DNA from: an uncultured Nitrososphaerota archaeon
GTDB taxonomy: Archaea; Thermoproteota; Nitrososphaeria; Nitrososphaerales; CADDZS01
Direction of reading: 5' to 3'
DNA length: 64,000 nucleotides
Assembly: GCA_963799845.1 (NCBI GenBank)
Contig: CAWCYI010000004.1
Location: forward strand, 1,344,001 to 1,408,000
Part shown: positions 1 through 8,567 of the stretch, one piece after another
Layout of the letters: each line of letters begins with the position of its first letter
Numbering within the stretch: position 1 is the first letter of the stretch
Notes under the pieces: generated by a model
What the model was told of the DNA's origin: nothing
Seen by the model: only the letters and a program-made list of their open reading frames with translations
Databases searched by the model: none
Made by a program: the position numbers and the translations under genes

Positions 1-374
1 CATTCTACACAGAGGCGGACATAGTAGTATACACCACTGGCATAACCTTCGGATCTAATTCAACAAATGCAAACGATGCCACGGGGATCTACGACTATCA
101 GACTAACGTGCAGCAACCATACAATGCGGGGACATTCTACTATGCCGCCCCGCTGGCAATCACTTCTAGCTCGACAAGCAGTTCTACGGCACAGCCAACT
201 TCTACCGTAATACCTTCTCCTACAACAACAGCTAGTAGCACCAGCAGCAGTTCGTCCACCGCCATAACTAACTCCATTTACTTGGAGCTTGCCGTTGCCG
301 CGACTGTAATAGCTGTGACAGGAATCCTAGCCTTCTCAAGAAGGTCCAGAGGCAGCTCCCCATCTCGAAGCTGA
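1..374 (+). CDS. C-terminal part of a cell-surface protein (Ser/Thr-rich linker + C-terminal membrane anchor), 5' truncated by window edge
   Basis: Frame open from base 3; S/T-rich stalk, hydrophobic LELAVAATVIAVTGILAF, basic tail SRRSR. Confidence 0.75.
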   Translation, partial: FYTEADIVVYTTGITFGSNSTNANDATGIYDYQTNVQQPYNAGTFYYAAPLAITSSSTSSSTAQPTSTVIPSPTTTASSTSSSSSTAITNSIYLELAVAATVIAVTGILAFSRRSRGSSPSRS

Positions 375-407
375 AGCGAGAATAACAGTTAGCGTCAACT
401 TACTATC

Positions 408-429
408 GGGGGTTTTTGAAATAACCCCC
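408..429. terminator. Hairpin between convergent genes
   Basis: GGGGGTT...AACCCCC inverted repeat. Confidence 0.4.
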
Positions 430-507
430 TGACGCTTCTTTATTTCTACTTCTAAAGATGTCAATTCAAAGGGGAGCTAGAAAGAGAGTTCGTCCGAATT
501 CACCAAA

Positions 508-2553
508 TCACAGTGTGAATGTCCAGAGGGCAGGACTACCTAAGTAGTGGTCTAGGAAGTAGACCTCGTTTGGATCTGGCTTCCCTGTTCTTCCATCAAC
601 TCTCGAAGGTTGGTCCCACGGAAGCCCCTGCGCGATCAGGTTGTTCCATTCCTTCCTAGAAACATCCAGCCAGCGATTATCCCCTAGGCGGTACCTGAGG
701 CCAGAGAGAGCGAAGACCAATCTCGGCCAGGATGAGTAAGCCTGTATGCTAATCTCGGAGATCCTCATGCTCTCGTGAACGAGATTTGGAGTGCAAAATC
801 GCGACGCCTGAGCATTGATGTTAAGGAGATGTTCGTACGCCGAGTCAGACTTTTCCTTGTCGGTGATCGATTCCAAACCTAGTATGTTCGTCCACCAGTC
901 CCCGAAGAGTTGACCCATGAAGAGCAACCCCTTGTGGTCAGGCTCTCCGATCCAGGCTTCGAAGTATTTTCCATTGTAAAGCTCTGAAAAGGACCGCTTG
1001 GCCTTTGTGAGGAGCTGGTCAAGTTTCTCATTATCATCGCGCTGGAAGAGGAGCTCGCTCGATTTTTTCATTGCGAGAAGAGCTGCGATGAATACAGAAG
1101 AGACAAAGCTGTCCCGGCCGCTGTGCGGAAACGCATCAAATGAAGAGTCAGCTTGCCCCTCAAGGTCAGGCAGACCATCGGCGTCCCGATCCTGCCTCAG
1201 CTCCCATTCTATCGCCTTCATCATCTTCGGGTACATCTCTTTGAGGAACTCTAGATCATTCATCCAGCTCGCGTATCTGTAAGCGATGAGGACGAATGTT
1301 GACGGAAGATCCTTTCGACCAGGCGGGTAGGTGCTGCAACCAGTAGGGTGATCGAATGATAGTATTCCGAAGTCATGTAACACGTACCCGTCCTCTCTAA
1401 CATTCGCAGCAATTTGTTGGACGAACTTTTTCTCTAGCTCCGGGAACATTTTCAAAATAGGCAGGGAACCAGCCTCGTGTAGCAGCCCGGTTATCGATCC
1501 GACCTGCCGATCGTTTTTTGTAGCCTCGATCATGGAGAAGCGCCCCTTCTCGTCAAACCACGAACTCGCTGAAAGGATGTTGGTGCTGTTGATAATCGCG
1601 TCCCTCAGCCATTCGGGAAGATCCCTGCGGATCATCGTCCCATGCCAGACGCGGGACTGCATCCTCAGCCGGTCAAACTCGCGCAACATGTACCTTCCGA
1701 CCTCTTCAGCACTTCCGAACTTTGTGTGATAGTAGTGACCGTAGGGATAGAAAACCCACCTACCGGTGAAGTACCAGGAGAAAACATATTTGATCTCCTT
1801 CCCCGGGCTGTATTTGCTCACAACCACCCCAGCCGGATCGTCCCACTGCCCTAAGACCTCGTGTGGGTCGTCATTGAAAGATCCACCGTTGATTATCGAG
1901 AGCCAAGGTTGGTCAGATTCGTAAGTGTATTTCCAATGTTTCTCCGCTGTTGCGACTCCTGGACGAACATTGAGGTTGTACTGGGTGCATGTATTTAACA
2001 TGTCCCCGGCGAGCAGGCAGACCTCTCCTTTGGCGCCGTCATAGTCGTTTGAACGAGGATTTAGGAACTTCACCCCACCATTGATTGACTCATTCTTTCT
2101 TCCGATTTCGTTTGTCCCCGTAATGTTCGACGCTGATATCGCGACGATGCCGTCGCTACCTCCATCGACCGAGACGGACATGCCAAATGCGGGCAGGATA
2201 GAGTCGTTGAGGTTGTGGGGAATGATCGAAGAAAAGACCTCCATTGTCGCCTTGAGACTATCCTTTTTCGCTTCAATCTTGGCAAACGGATATTCGCCTG
2301 TGTACGTCATAGAATCGGGTTCATACTGGTAGAATTTCTTGATCGGCAGACCGTACTCCAGAAAGAAAGGATTCGAATCCTCCGGTTTTATCATAACGTG
2401 AAATGCTCTCATCCAAGGGATGGGCATTGACCAGTTATTCGCGATGGTGAGATTGACCAACTTGCCTTTGTTATTCAGCTCTACCTTTCCTGCGCCTATG
2501 CCTCCGAGCGGCACACCAGAAGTTAGATTATCGCCAGGACCGAGAGTGACCAT
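508..2553 (-). CDS. GH116 (GBA2/non-lysosomal glucosylceramidase-type) beta-glycosidase, paralogue 1
   Basis: N-terminal GVPLGGIGAG motif, DRDADGLPD..GQADSSFD region, about 680 aa like archaeal GH116. Confidence 0.85.
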   Translation of the reverse strand: MVTLGPGDNLTSGVPLGGIGAGKVELNNKGKLVNLTIANNWSMPIPWMRAFHVMIKPEDSNPFFLEYGLPIKKFYQYEPDSMTYTGEYPFAKIEAKKDSLKATMEVFSSIIPHNLNDSILPAFGMSVSVDGGSDGIVAISASNITGTNEIGRKNESINGGVKFLNPRSNDYDGAKGEVCLLAGDMLNTCTQYNLNVRPGVATAEKHWKYTYESDQPWLSIINGGSFNDDPHEVLGQWDDPAGVVVSKYSPGKEIKYVFSWYFTGRWVFYPYGHYYHTKFGSAEEVGRYMLREFDRLRMQSRVWHGTMIRRDLPEWLRDAIINSTNILSASSWFDEKGRFSMIEATKNDRQVGSITGLLHEAGSLPILKMFPELEKKFVQQIAANVREDGYVLHDFGILSFDHPTGCSTYPPGRKDLPSTFVLIAYRYASWMNDLEFLKEMYPKMMKAIEWELRQDRDADGLPDLEGQADSSFDAFPHSGRDSFVSSVFIAALLAMKKSSELLFQRDDNEKLDQLLTKAKRSFSELYNGKYFEAWIGEPDHKGLLFMGQLFGDWWTNILGLESITDKEKSDSAYEHLLNINAQASRFCTPNLVHESMRISEISIQAYSSWPRLVFALSGLRYRLGDNRWLDVSRKEWNNLIAQGLPWDQPSRVDGRTGKPDPNEVYFLDHYLGSPALWTFTL

Positions 2554-2684
2554 AAGTCTCCGACCGAATTCATTCTCACTCTTAAGAATTTTCTAAAAGC
2601 ACAAGAATCGAGGCTCTTCTTTTTACAACTAAAAACAGGATATATAGCGGTCGAACCACTCGAATTTCTCGAGTGAGACTATAG

Positions 2685-3581
2685 TTGTTGGAACTAAAGG
2701 GTGTCATGCCGGCTCTCGTTACCCCATTCACAAAATCTGATGAAGTTGACACGAATGGTTCACGATGGCTCTGCCGGAACGCGATTGACGGCGGGGTTCA
2801 CGCAGTCGTTTGTGCCGGCAGTTTGGGCGAATTTCCCTGTTTAACGGATGAGGAGCGCCGCGCTGTCATAAAGGCCGTAGTTGACGAAGCGAACGGTAAA
2901 GTCCCAGTTATCGCCGGGGTAGGAAGCGGCTCTACCAAAATTTCGGTGATGATTGCAAAAGAAGCCGCTGACATTGGAGTTGATGCAATCGAAGCTCTGC
3001 CCCCATATTACTTCAACATAGGCGACGACGCGGTGTATGCCCACTACGAAAAACTCGCTTCCTCCGTGAAAGTTCCGGTAATAATATACAACTTCCCAGG
3101 TACGACCAAGGTCAACATGTCTCCCGCCTTGATTGCAAGACTCGCTGACGTTCCAAATATTGTTGGAATCAAGAACAGCGTTGACAGCTTTCTGCACTTG
3201 AGGCAGATCATAAGAAGCACACGAAACTCGAAAAAACCATTCACCGTACTCGCTGGAATCGAGGATTACCTCATCCCCGGAATGTTGCTTGGAATAAAGG
3301 GGACGGTCTCCGGGTTCAGCAATTTCATTCCGAAGACGCTCGTGCAGATTTACGACTATTGCGCAAGCGGAAAGGTGAAAGAAGCTTCGGACATCTACAA
3401 CAGGATAATAACTCCGCTGAAAGAGATGGCTCCGCCTCCAGAACCAATTGGTGCCCTAAAGATCGGTGCGAGCCTTTTCGGCCCGATAAATACAATGGTC
3501 AGGTTACCCCTGCTCAATCCACCAGCGGACACCGCAGAAAAAATGCGTGCTTTCCTCAAGAGCGAGGGAATGCTTCATTGA
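2685..3581 (+). CDS. DHDPS/NAL family aldolase (KDG-aldolase-like)
   Basis: PALVTPF, GSLGE, YNFP, GIKNS Schiff-base Lys. Confidence 0.88.
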   Translation: MLELKGVMPALVTPFTKSDEVDTNGSRWLCRNAIDGGVHAVVCAGSLGEFPCLTDEERRAVIKAVVDEANGKVPVIAGVGSGSTKISVMIAKEAADIGVDAIEALPPYYFNIGDDAVYAHYEKLASSVKVPVIIYNFPGTTKVNMSPALIARLADVPNIVGIKNSVDSFLHLRQIIRSTRNSKKPFTVLAGIEDYLIPGMLLGIKGTVSGFSNFIPKTLVQIYDYCASGKVKEASDIYNRIITPLKEMAPPPEPIGALKIGASLFGPINTMVRLPLLNPPADTAEKMRAFLKSEGMLH

Positions 3582-3666
3582 ATTCATTATCCGAACTTTC
3601 ATAGGAAAAGAACACCATATTGAAAATTACCAAAGGCTAACTGATGAGGATTAGAAAAACTGCTTT

Positions 3667-3927
3667 CTACTCTTCGTCCAAAGCAAAAACCTCTATGGCT
3701 CGCTGCCTCAGATGAAACAAAGCCTCACGCCGAGTCCTGCTAGTTTCGCGACTTAGATCTGCGTTAATTAATCGGGCGAACTCGGCTGGGTTCTCGCTCT
3801 TCAGAACAAATTCTCTCGCCAAAGTTTTCAGATATTTGTAGGCTACTCCTTCATTTTCCAAATTCGGCACGAGAAGGGAAACTGCCAGATCGGGATTGTT
3901 GAAGAGGTTATTTTTAGAGTTGGCCAT
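3667..3927 (-). CDS. Small hypothetical protein
   Basis: 86-aa ATG ORF, no recognised motif. Confidence 0.45.
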   Translation of the reverse strand: MANSKNNLFNNPDLAVSLLVPNLENEGVAYKYLKTLAREFVLKSENPAEFARLINADLSRETSRTRREALFHLRQRAIEVFALDEE

Positions 3928-4050
3928 TAATCAACAAAAAGGGCAAAAATGACGCTTTTGTTTCTTTCGCCCTTGCTGCACATCAATGCTTCTAGAGAAA
4001 ATCAGTCAGAACGAGTGAATTACACGAAAGCTGTTCGAACACTGCTAAGA

Positions 4051-4126
4051 CTAATTTGTAAATTTATGCGGATCCCACATCTCACACTCGGGATTTAATA
4101 GTAAATTAGAGATGTTGGGATTTACC
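4051..4126 (+). repeat. REP-like repeat family 1, degenerate copy with an extra inverted half
   Basis: ATCCCACATCTCACACTCGGGATTTAATAGTAAATT resembles 29326-29349; ATCCCACATCTC/GAGATGTTGGGAT hairpin. Confidence 0.65.
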
Positions 4127-4161
4127 GTGTTATCAAGTACTTGGACTGATTTCGAATCATC

Positions 4162-4560
4162 TCAGTGGAGCGCGACGGGCTGTGCAGGCGAGGTGTCAGG
4201 CTCCACAACCACCGCGGTCCCGTACGCGAGAACCTCAGTCATCGATCCGCCCATTTCCGACGTGTCAAAGCCGACGGAGACGACCGCGTTTGCTCCTAGG
4301 CTCCTTGCGTGGTCGGCTAGCCGCTGTAGGGCTTGGTGGCGCACTTGTTCTAAGAGATTCGTGTACACCTTGATTTCCCCGCCACCCCAAGCCCTGAAGA
4401 AGGCAAAGATATTCTGCCCCAGCCCCCGCGACCGTACGATTAACCCAAACGTCGCACCAATCACCCGAGTCACGTGATACCCTGACACGAACGGCGTCGT
4501 AACGATGATCAGGTCAGTTGGCGGCTTGAATGGATCTTCGATAGCATCAGGAACCTTCAT
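4162..4560 (-). CDS. YbjQ/UPF0145 heavy-metal-binding domain protein
   Basis: GGEIKVYT..L...R..AL, GANAVV, EVLAYGTAV signature. Confidence 0.9.
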   Translation of the reverse strand: MKVPDAIEDPFKPPTDLIIVTTPFVSGYHVTRVIGATFGLIVRSRGLGQNIFAFFRAWGGGEIKVYTNLLEQVRHQALQRLADHARSLGANAVVSVGFDTSEMGGSMTEVLAYGTAVVVEPDTSPAQPVALH

Positions 4561-4640
4561 TCTATGATTACTCACTCTTCCGAGGGACTCCAAGTTATAT
4601 ACATCTTCGAGGATTGCAAGATTTTCAATGCTGCATAATC

Positions 4641-4676
4641 TTGATAGTAAATTGGAGTTATGATCATCACCATCTC
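4641..4676 (+). repeat. REP-like repeat family 1, degenerate partial copy
   Basis: TAGTAAATTGGAGTT matches consensus TAGTAAATTGGGGTT at 14/15, followed by CACCATCTC. Confidence 0.5.
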
Positions 4677-4727
4677 AGAACGTTCAGAATAATAGTATGA
4701 TACTTTAGAGAAAATAATCGATTCTTA

Positions 4728-5132
4728 TTGTCTGTAAGTACAGGATTAAAAATCGGCTCGGTTGTCGTAGATTGCATTAATTTCGAAAGAATGCTAGAAT
4801 TCTGGCAGGAGGCTCTCCACTACGTCCCGAGACAGCCAGCGCAGGGCGACTGGGTAGTACTCGTTGATCCCGATGGAAGAAATACGAGCGTGTCCTTGAA
4901 TAGGGTCCTGCCTTCAGAAAAACTGACGGGGAGAAACTGGTTGCACTTCGATCTTTACACCAAAGACCGAGCGAGAGAAGTAAAGCGACTTCTCAAGCTT
5001 GGTGCTAGCCGTCATCCACAAGAGTACGATCCTGAAGATGATTTTATTGTTCTTGAGGATCCTGACGGCAATTTATTTTGCGTTGTACAGTTAGGGCGAA
5101 ATTTCAGAAATACTGATCCTATTGATAAATAG
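4728..5132 (+). CDS. VOC/glyoxalase family protein
   Basis: VVDC..FW..AL, LHFDL, DPDGNLFCVV. Confidence 0.85.
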   Translation: MSVSTGLKIGSVVVDCINFERMLEFWQEALHYVPRQPAQGDWVVLVDPDGRNTSVSLNRVLPSEKLTGRNWLHFDLYTKDRAREVKRLLKLGASRHPQEYDPEDDFIVLEDPDGNLFCVVQLGRNFRNTDPIDK

Positions 5133-5401
5133 AAGACGCCCTCACATTCTACACACAAGGATATGTCTGAATCCACTCCGTCTAGTATACGTAGACTCTT
5201 TTAGTCATAGCTTTTCACTTCCGGCCATATAGTGCCCGTGAGAGATCTTATGTTGAATATGCGTGGGGTGATTTTGATTCGGTTTTTCTAAGTTTTTTTC
5301 TGTTTCTGAAACTTTCAATGTCGGATATAGGCCCTTCGATTACTGATTTGGTGGATTAATAAACCGGGGTAGTTGTTTAATGGTCCAGTCGGGAAAAATC
5401 A

Positions 5402-6016
5402 ATGGAGCACCAAAATCAACCAGAATCAGATCCATTCCTGCCTCCGATAGAAAACCCGCCGGGGGTACGGATGAAGATCGCATACTATTTTACGCGACGC
5501 CAATTTGGCAAGGTTATCACTGGAGTCAAGGTTCACTCTGCGAGACTCCCACCCGCATTCGGCCAGTTCTATGCAAAGGTTCCCTCGCTGGACAAGAAAC
5601 TCCAGCTACCTAGGGAGACCGTCATGCTAATCCGCGATCAGGTCTCACGCCTAAACGTCTGCCTCTTTTGCATGGACAGCAACAGGTGGGCAGAGATCAA
5701 AGAGTCGATGAATGAAGCAAAATTCAATTCAATAGAAGAATACAGGACGAGCCCTCTTTTCACTGAAGCGGACCGCGCAGCTCTCGACTATGTCAGCGAA
5801 CTAACGAAGGAAAAGAAGGTAGATCCTAAAACCTTTGCACGGTTGTCCAAGTATTACTCCGACCGAGAGATCTGTGAGATTGTCTGGTTAGTTTCAAGCG
5901 AGCATCTCTACAATATGACCAACATTGGCCTGAACATTCACTCGGACATACTTTGCGACCTCGTCAGGAAAAGGAAGAGTGAGATTGCTTCAACGCAAAG
6001 GAGAAAAAAGAGTTGA
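5402..6016 (+). CDS. Carboxymuconolactone decarboxylase/AhpD-like protein
   Basis: VSRLNVCLFCMD CxxC, FTEADRAAL. Confidence 0.8.
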   Translation: MEHQNQPESDPFLPPIENPPGVRMKIAYYFTRRQFGKVITGVKVHSARLPPAFGQFYAKVPSLDKKLQLPRETVMLIRDQVSRLNVCLFCMDSNRWAEIKESMNEAKFNSIEEYRTSPLFTEADRAALDYVSELTKEKKVDPKTFARLSKYYSDREICEIVWLVSSEHLYNMTNIGLNIHSDILCDLVRKRKSEIASTQRRKKS

Positions 6017-6223
6017 GACTTGGAAGTAGCCACTCGGAAACAGAACGTATGAATATTTGAAAGATATCTGATAATATAGCGATAACCAGAGCAACTCAGG
6101 TGGAATTTTTCTCATTTTCTTCGTGCATTCTCTGGCCGCGCCCAGCAAAAGGACTCTAGGTCTGGGTGTTACTAGTGATTCCTATGACTATCCTTGAAAA
6201 GACAGAATGTAAAATCGAAGGAT

Positions 6224-7264
6224 ATGTATCAACAAAATGAGGTAATCTACATAGGAGCTGACGTTCACTAAAGAGAAACTCAGCTAGCAATCTTTGAACC
6301 AAGAGGCACTCTTCTGCAGGAGGAGAGAATTCTCACAAAGGATCTTCAAAGCTTCATTCAGTCTCTGCCGGCGAAGGAGAAACATCTAGCTCTAGAATCT
6401 GTTGGATTCATCTACCCGTTGTACGATAAGCTCAGACAGATTCCAAGGTGCGAGGTTGCAGTAGCAAATCCGAAGAGGCTGAGACGAGATTCCGGTTCGA
6501 AGCAAAAACATGACAGAATAGATGCAAAACTACTTGGGGATCAAATCAGGACCAACTACCTCAAGAGATCCTACATGCCTGAAGAAGAAACTAGGGAGAA
6601 GAGGTTTCTCATCAACGACAGGGTGAAGTACGGCCTCAGGAGGGCGGAGCTGAGAGGCTCGATACGATGGCTTCTGAAGAGGAGGGGAATCGTCGTTGAT
6701 AGTCCGTTTAGTGCAGAGGGAAGAAGGAAGCTCAAAGAAGAGATTTCCCTCCAGGAGATAGATATCAGATTGCAGGAACTCGAACTCGTGGAATCAATCA
6801 CTGAGAAGCTCGACCCGCAGATTTCTCTGATCGTCGCGCATGATGAAAAGGCAAAACTCATGGACACGTTGCCTGGCGTTGCACCCTACACGGCTCTTTT
6901 TCTTTCATCGGCTCTTGACAACATCGATAGATTCCCCGACTCGAAACATGCGTGCGCCTACTTGGGTCTCGTTCCTTCCCTGCACCAGTCAGGTGATGCA
7001 TCTTTCACAGGTCACATAACGAAGGATGGAAACAAGTTTCTCCGGAGGAATCTGATCGAGTGTGCGAGAGTAGCTGTCAGAAAGGATCCTCGCCTCAAAG
7101 AGTTCTATACCAAGTTAAGGCGTACGAGGGGTGAAAGGAAAGCTTTGATCGCTGTGGCAAGGAAGATGGTTTCGTACGCCTATTGGATGCTGAAGAGGAA
7201 TCGAACCTACGAAGAGCTGAGCTCCTTGGACGAATTTATGGAGACAACAATCATCTCCGTCTAG
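6224..7264 (+). pseudogene. IS110 transposase/recombinase with in-frame TAA at codon 16
   Basis: MYQQNEVIYIGADVH*RETQL in frame with ORF 6419-7264; KHDRIDA, AYLGLVPSLHQSG, GHITKDGN, IAVARK motifs. Confidence 0.85.
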
Positions 7265-7345
7265 TGAATAGGGAACGCGTTTCGTAGAGGCGAATTGTAA
7301 GGAAAATGGGGACCTCCCCGAATAGTTGAATGCCAGCCTCTCCAG
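7222..7345 (+). ncRNA. Putative bridge RNA/seekRNA of the IS110 element
   Basis: Two stem/internal-loop/hairpin modules; guides GAATTTA and CTAGT match the reconstructed target, ATAGTTGA matches the circle junction. Confidence 0.6.
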
Positions 7346-7434
7346 AAAAAACGCTCGTGCAATTCCCAGCTAAACTTAGATAGTCATAGTTAAATTCATG
7401 TCAGAGTCCGGTATTGTGTACAAATTTGCTCAGT

Positions 7435-8535
7435 TTAGATATAATTCAAATCATCAGTCATCATCAAGGGAATCCCTAGGTTATCTTCACTGGAACCAAA
7501 GAGCCAGCTGGACATGGCTTCGTAGCTCCCGATGACTTTCTTTCCAAAAGGTCCTTCAGCCAACCATGAGCCTTTCCAGCGAAAAATTCTGGCCTTGCCA
7601 CCAAGATTTTTTTCAAACCAGGAGTGGAGTTCGGAGAAAAGATATTCCACGTTCAGCGGCCGAATCGTTCCCTGCAGCGGCTCCTCTCGAAAGTTCATTT
7701 TAAGATCATCAACATACTTCATCATTTCAACATCGGATGGAAGGACATGCAATTCCACAAACTCTGCTACATAGTGCTCCGAAATTCTTGATAAACTGGA
7801 AACCACAGCTCTGCATGATCCTGCCCACTCGATTATTCTCACGAATCTCGGTTCTGCTATCAAACTATCAATGGATGCAACGACATACCCGACAGTTTTT
7901 CCTTGATGCTTTATTTCGAAAAGCTGGCGATCAGAATACCTGCGGAGATATCCGAGCGTGCGAAGGAAGACCGCCATTTGTGAAATATTTCTTGCGTATC
8001 TGATCGGTTCATTCTCGTGAATTTCTAAAAGCTCCGTCGCATGCGATTCTCTATCTTCTGGCTTTACAAGGATTGTTTGAAAACCGTCCGATGTGACATC
8101 TCCTCTAGTACCGCGTTCGAAAATTGCAACAATCATCCTTCCGACTGAGGAACACCCGATTCTTGTGTAGATGCTCTCGTCTCCAGAAACCAGCAGCAGT
8201 GAGACCGGTTCTTGTTCCAGATCCTTGACAATTTCTCCAATGATTCTCGAAGCTAGTTTTTCACCGCGATGCTCCGGCAGTGTCCAAACATTACCCAGGG
8301 ATGCCACGTGAATTTGCAGCCCATTCAACGAGCAAACGCTCTTGCATACACCAGCCGAGCTTATCGGATTTCCCTTTTCATCCTCGATATAGTAAAGATT
8401 CTTTGAATTATCCGCCGAGTAGAAAAGCGGAAAATCATCGAGCAGTCCCGGTTCATTGCAGGGCCTGAACACCGTGTCTCCGGTCTTTGCAAGGGTTTTC
8501 GAAAGTTCGGGAGTGGCGCGTTTTACTTCGTACAA
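7435..8535 (-). CDS. GNAT (Eis-like) acetyltransferase
   Basis: LGNVWTLPEHRGEKLAS acetyl-CoA motif, IYTRIG; directly downstream of GH116 paralogue 2. Confidence 0.75.
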   Translation of the reverse strand: MYEVKRATPELSKTLAKTGDTVFRPCNEPGLLDDFPLFYSADNSKNLYYIEDEKGNPISSAGVCKSVCSLNGLQIHVASLGNVWTLPEHRGEKLASRIIGEIVKDLEQEPVSLLLVSGDESIYTRIGCSSVGRMIVAIFERGTRGDVTSDGFQTILVKPEDRESHATELLEIHENEPIRYARNISQMAVFLRTLGYLRRYSDRQLFEIKHQGKTVGYVVASIDSLIAEPRFVRIIEWAGSCRAVVSSLSRISEHYVAEFVELHVLPSDVEMMKYVDDLKMNFREEPLQGTIRPLNVEYLFSELHSWFEKNLGGKARIFRWKGSWLAEGPFGKKVIGSYEAMSSWLFGSSEDNLGIPLMMTDDLNYI

Positions 8536-8567
8536 TCAATCCGCCACTCCACTGGCGAACTTAACTC

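Larger units (their letters stand above)
6176..7390 (+). mobile_element. IS110 family (IS1111-type) insertion sequence
   Basis: 11-bp subterminal inverted repeats CTATGACTATC (6182-6192) / GATAGTCATAG (7379-7389); DEDD transposase; 3' non-coding region; no target duplication. Confidence 0.85.
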
